Origin: a virus
Strand: one strand, 5' to 3'
Length of the DNA: 64,000 bases
IMG/VR virus record: IMGVR_UViG_3300030110_003594
Location: 32,001-96,000 of that record
The notes beneath the pieces were generated by a model. The model was not told where the DNA came from. It was given only the letters and a program-made list of their open reading frames with translations, and did not search any database. Numbering within the stretch: the stretch's first letter is position 1; each line of letters starts with the position of its first letter. This document shows positions 61,242-64,000 of this stretch, piece by piece. Position numbers and translations under genes: made by a program.

Positions 61242-61457
61242 TTATTTCTTTTTACGTTTTTTCCAACTAATTCTTTTTGAACTAGTTTTCTTTTTAGCTG
61301 CAGATGTACATTGTGCTTTAGTTGGTCTACAAGCAGGATACGGTCTTTTAGATCCGCCTTTTGCTGACTTTCTTCCACAAGCTTTACCAGTCTTGCAATC
61401 TATCCAACCTTTACCTTTGTTTCTACTAAACCATTTATGTAAGCTTTCTTTAGCCAT
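61242..61457 (-). CDS. Small basic Cys-containing protein (DUF5872-like C-terminal half)
   Basis: LHKWF...WIDCKTGKACGR...YPACRP. Family recalled from memory. Confidence 0.6.
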   Translation of the reverse strand: MAKESLHKWFSRNKGKGWIDCKTGKACGRKSAKGGSKRPYPACRPTKAQCTSAAKKKTSSKRISWKKRKKK

Positions 61458-61615
61458 TATTTTTTCTTTTTAGACTTGTTGCCCCAATTGGCAGCCCCCA
61501 CTTTTCTACATCTTACTAGTGCCCCGGATGCATAAGCTGATGGCCATACACTATATCTTGATCTTACTTTACTATAGCAAGCGTCTCTTTTTGCTTTCTT
61601 CTTTTTCTTTGCCAT
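61457..61615 (-). CDS. Small basic protein (52 aa; DUF5872-like N-terminal half)
   Basis: Translated by hand: MAKKKKKAKRDACYSKVRSRYSVWPSAYASGALVRCRKVGAANWGNKSKKKK. TAATG overlap with the next gene. Confidence 0.7.
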   Translation of the reverse strand: MAKKKKKAKRDACYSKVRSRYSVWPSAYASGALVRCRKVGAANWGNKSKKKK

Positions 61616-61625
61616 AATTACTGTT

Positions 61626-61889
61626 TTAACATTTCCAACGTCTACGTGCTTTACAAATTCTTTTATCTGGAGTTTTACTACAGCTTATATTGTGCATTTT
61701 CATTTGACCTCTAGATCTAGCACAATATGATTTCTTACGTTTACCTCCTCCTGGCTGTGGTGCTTTAAGTTTAGAGCCTGTTTTTTTGTTGATCATTCTA
61801 CGACCCTTAGCTGTAAGCCCACCTTTTTTACTTTTACAACCATTCTTGATAGAACAGCCTTTCATTGCACCTTTATTTTTTCTTGCCAT
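61626..61889 (-). CDS. Small basic protein (DUF6321-like)
   Basis: GGLTAKGR...GSKLKAP...RKKSYCARS...ARRRWKC. Family recalled from memory. Confidence 0.6.
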   Translation of the reverse strand: MARKNKGAMKGCSIKNGCKSKKGGLTAKGRRMINKKTGSKLKAPQPGGGKRKKSYCARSRGQMKMHNISCSKTPDKRICKARRRWKC

Positions 61890-61892
61890 AAT

Positions 61893-62255
61893 CTATCTTT
61901 TTCCACCGTGGTATTCCACGGCATGACCCATTTCTATTAATTTATCATTCACGCAACATTCTTTTTCTTCTACAACTATATGTAGTTTACCAAGAACTCT
62001 TCCAAACTTACCCACCTTCTCACTCTCTATTACAAAATATTTCTCTTCATTTGTTTTTTCCAGTAGATCTATTAACGCTTGCTTTGCAGCAAGACCACGT
62101 TTCTTTTCTTCTAGATCCCGTGTTCTTGATTCCGGTGTATTGATCCCTGCTAATCTAATTCTCTTATGAACTGTAATATCAAACCCCAGGTCAATGATGG
62201 CATCTAAGGTATCCCCATCAACCACTCTATCTAGTTTTGCTTTATAAACGTACAT
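61893..62255 (-). CDS. Thermonuclease (SNase-like)
   Basis: RVVDGDT, IRLAGINTPE and GKFGRVLG motifs. Confidence 0.9.
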   Translation of the reverse strand: MYVYKAKLDRVVDGDTLDAIIDLGFDITVHKRIRLAGINTPESRTRDLEEKKRGLAAKQALIDLLEKTNEEKYFVIESEKVGKFGRVLGKLHIVVEEKECCVNDKLIEMGHAVEYHGGKR

Positions 62256-62583
62256 CTGGTATTATCTCTTTTAATTCATTATCTATTTCCGTCTTGTTGA
62301 TTATATCACGGATCTTAGCACATTTCTCATACTCCTCTTGTTCCACGAAGTAACCCATCATATTTTCCAACGTTTCTATTGACGGCTCTTCTTCCGGTTT
62401 ATGAGCCATGAGAGCACTCATACCATTTCCTGTTTTCTCATCCATTAAATCTTGAAACTTTTTTTCTTTTGTTATTATCATGAATGAATTTCTGAATGCC
62501 GTGTCCACTATTAGATCCTCTAGTTCTAATCTCTGTGCATACGTTAATCCATTAAATTCATCCTCATTATATTCTTCTGACAT
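62242..62583 (-). CDS. Hypothetical protein with UvrB/C-like C-terminal motif
   Basis: EQEEYEKCAKIRD. First gene of the minus-strand module. Confidence 0.55.
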   Translation of the reverse strand: MSEEYNEDEFNGLTYAQRLELEDLIVDTAFRNSFMIITKEKKFQDLMDEKTGNGMSALMAHKPEEEPSIETLENMMGYFVEQEEYEKCAKIRDIINKTEIDNELKEIIPDVRL

Positions 62584-62792
62584 AATTAATTATTTTTTGG
62601 TGAGCACTATTTAATTTGGTTCCTTTTTGTAAAGGATTTATATACCCAATATACAAAAAATTTTTGGGTAATTAAAATGTTTTATGTGTCAAGTGCTTGA
62701 AACCTTCTAACTATCAGCTCCCCGGTTTACTCTTGACGTGTTGTCACCCCCTGTAATATCAGGGGTAATTTTAACCTTAAAAAATTTTTATT
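62584..62792. promoter_or_regulatory. Divergent control region at the strand switch
   Basis: Head-to-head genes, a TTTGTATATTG motif at about 62647-62657 (minus strand) and several inverted repeats. Confidence 0.55.
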
Positions 62793-63083
62793 ATGAAAAA
62801 TGTTTTTTTCCACAAGATAGTAAACAATACTATCGTTGTAAAGAGTCAACCATTGTCAGTCACTAAGACTGAAATCAATGGTGTACAAGTGTTCACAAGA
62901 GAACAAGGTCAGGTGACCTATGGTCTATTGTGTCTCCTTGATGACAAGGGTAATTCCCTTGACCCTTCTTCACTTGGTCTTAAATTAAACCAAGAGATGA
63001 AAGGATTCCGTTTCTCTGAGTCTCCAGTCCTTGACCAAGAGACTAATGAAGAAACTGGAATGTATTGGGTGGAGTCTTATTAA
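62793..63083 (+). CDS. Hypothetical protein, first gene of the plus-strand module
   Basis: 96-aa ORF with an A/T-rich leader and natural-looking composition. Confidence 0.7.
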   Translation: MKNVFFHKIVNNTIVVKSQPLSVTKTEINGVQVFTREQGQVTYGLLCLLDDKGNSLDPSSLGLKLNQEMKGFRFSESPVLDQETNEETGMYWVESY

Positions 63084-63110
63084 AGACTTCTCCTAATCCT
63101 TAAAGACTGA

Positions 63111-63557
63111 TTATACTTACCTGTATAATAAACTCACTCAAACTATGAATACATACTGACTGTGAAGAATCAACTCTATCTTGACTGATATGAGTTCATC
63201 CACCATAAGATATGTATTCATACTGTGGGTTACATCCACATCCACAACCATTATGGTTACACAACCATGATAAATGAAAAGAATGTGGTTAAAAAAATTA
63301 AAATGTGTGTTAATTTGTGAGAGTGTGGTCAATTATACCACAAAACACCACTTATTACCACATTGACAACTGTTATTGACAGTAATATATAATATAGCTA
63401 TCATGAGAGTAATGAACATAGGATGAGTAGAAATACAATTGTCTACCTATAATATGATCTCCTTGACATACTCTTATGTATAGTTATTATGTTATCTCTC
63501 TATAGGATGAGAGTATTAATCACCGTAACATTAATAAAATCCAGTGGATAATACTGG
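63111..63557. ncRNA. Candidate structured RNA or structured-DNA element
   Basis: At least eight hairpins in about 450 nt, including a perfect 12-bp stem 63144-63155/63211-63222. No convincing ORF. Confidence 0.35.
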
Positions 63558-63566
63558 TATAATAAA

Positions 63567-63788
63567 TTGAACAAAGAAAAAAAATTTACATCTTATGATT
63601 CACAAGGACCAACAGATTTTGATATTGTTGGATTCCATTCAGATACAATAGAAGACATATTAAAACTAATAGATTTATTACAAATACTAAAGTTTGAATC
63701 TTTAACTATACCATCTGAAAAACTAGATGAGATAAAACATTACACATTAAAGTTACAAAGATATGTAGATCCATCTATAAAACAGTAA
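63567..63788 (+). CDS. Hypothetical protein
   Basis: 73-aa ORF with TTG start and an A-rich leader. Confidence 0.45.
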   Translation: MNKEKKFTSYDSQGPTDFDIVGFHSDTIEDILKLIDLLQILKFESLTIPSEKLDEIKHYTLKLQRYVDPSIKQ

Positions 63789-63829
63789 AACAACTCACTT
63801 AAATTATTAATCAATTAAATTAAACTGAC

Positions 63830-64000
63830 ATGAAAAAATTCATTAAATATAGTATCCTTAACGTATTGGGAAGAGATATTATGATTCACATCGTATTACC
63901 TGTATCAATGGTAGTATTAGGAATATTAGGTTACACTTGTAATTTACATACTGATCATTATATGATAGGTATGTTTAGTACATTAGTAGTTGCACTTGGA
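63830..64000 (+). CDS. Hypothetical membrane protein (partial)
   Basis: ATG 63830 (MKKFIKYSILNVLGRDIMIHIVLPVSMVVLGILGY...), open to the window end, hydrophobic. Confidence 0.55.
   Translation, partial: MKKFIKYSILNVLGRDIMIHIVLPVSMVVLGILGYTCNLHTDHYMIGMFSTLVVALG

Larger units (their letters stand above)
1..64000. mobile_element. crAss-like (Crassvirales-related) bacteriophage genome segment: late/structural module plus start of the opposite-strand module
   Basis: Gene order TerL-portal-scaffold-MCP-conserved head genes-IHF-tail tubular-muzzle-giant cargo proteins matches the conserved crAss-like capsid/tail module. No host housekeeping operons. Bacteroidota-type promoters and leaders. Confidence 0.9.

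Noticed and set aside
63145-63159. ATG after an AACTCACTCAAACT leader resembling the sequence near 63792
   Set aside because: It encodes only MNTY-stop, and the ATG lies inside the 12-bp stem.
63138-63332. 64-aa minus-strand ORF in the hairpin region
   Set aside because: It is opposite to the local gene orientation, has a non-ATG start and atypical composition. The region is better explained as structured non-coding sequence.
1-64000. Stop-codon reassignment (TAG/TGA), known in some crAss-like phages
   Set aside because: Core genes are full length under the standard code. TAG and TGA end genes at sensible positions, and coding density is near complete.
1-64000. CRISPR array, tRNA genes, diversity-generating retroelement, introns/inteins
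   Set aside because: I saw no regularly spaced DNA repeats, cloverleafs, reverse transcriptase or TR/VR pairs. TerL, portal and MCP are uninterrupted. The GG motifs are protein-level and irregularly spaced.

Overview
This window is a 64-kb segment of an AT-rich, strongly CpG-depleted crAss-like (Crassvirales-related) phage genome. The host is probably an aquatic Bacteroidota, based on TAnnTTTG promoters, A-rich leaders without Shine-Dalgarno sequences, and phoH. The standard genetic code applies. Positions 1-62583 are one minus-strand late module. Read right to left it contains: a thermonuclease, small basic Cys/Lys-rich proteins, a holin candidate, PhoH, a YkuD-type endolysin candidate, HU/IHF, a PD-(D/E)XK nuclease, GroES, terminase, portal, scaffold-like protein, major capsid protein, ring/auxiliary capsid proteins, Cys-rich FN3/VWA-like tail proteins, a metallophosphoesterase, a second IHF-like protein, tail tubular proteins, a VWA-decorated muzzle, and five very large virion cargo-like proteins. 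The last of these (>2500 aa, zincin HExxH) runs off the left edge and is missing from the ORF track. After a strand switch near 62.6-62.8 kb, small plus-strand genes begin, together with a hairpin-dense non-coding region. The most striking signal is in three adjacent cargo genes (11071-25919). They read as strings of unrelated modules (beta-barrel-like, a duplicated domain, a permuted papain-fold His/Cys domain, LysM-YkuD-lysozyme-like, a small mobile domain) joined by a recurring protein-level di-glycine motif, xxGGx(L/I)PKAQxG. This suggests a GG-tagged modular polyprotein processing or packaging system. All assignments come from reading motifs and synteny; no searches were run.
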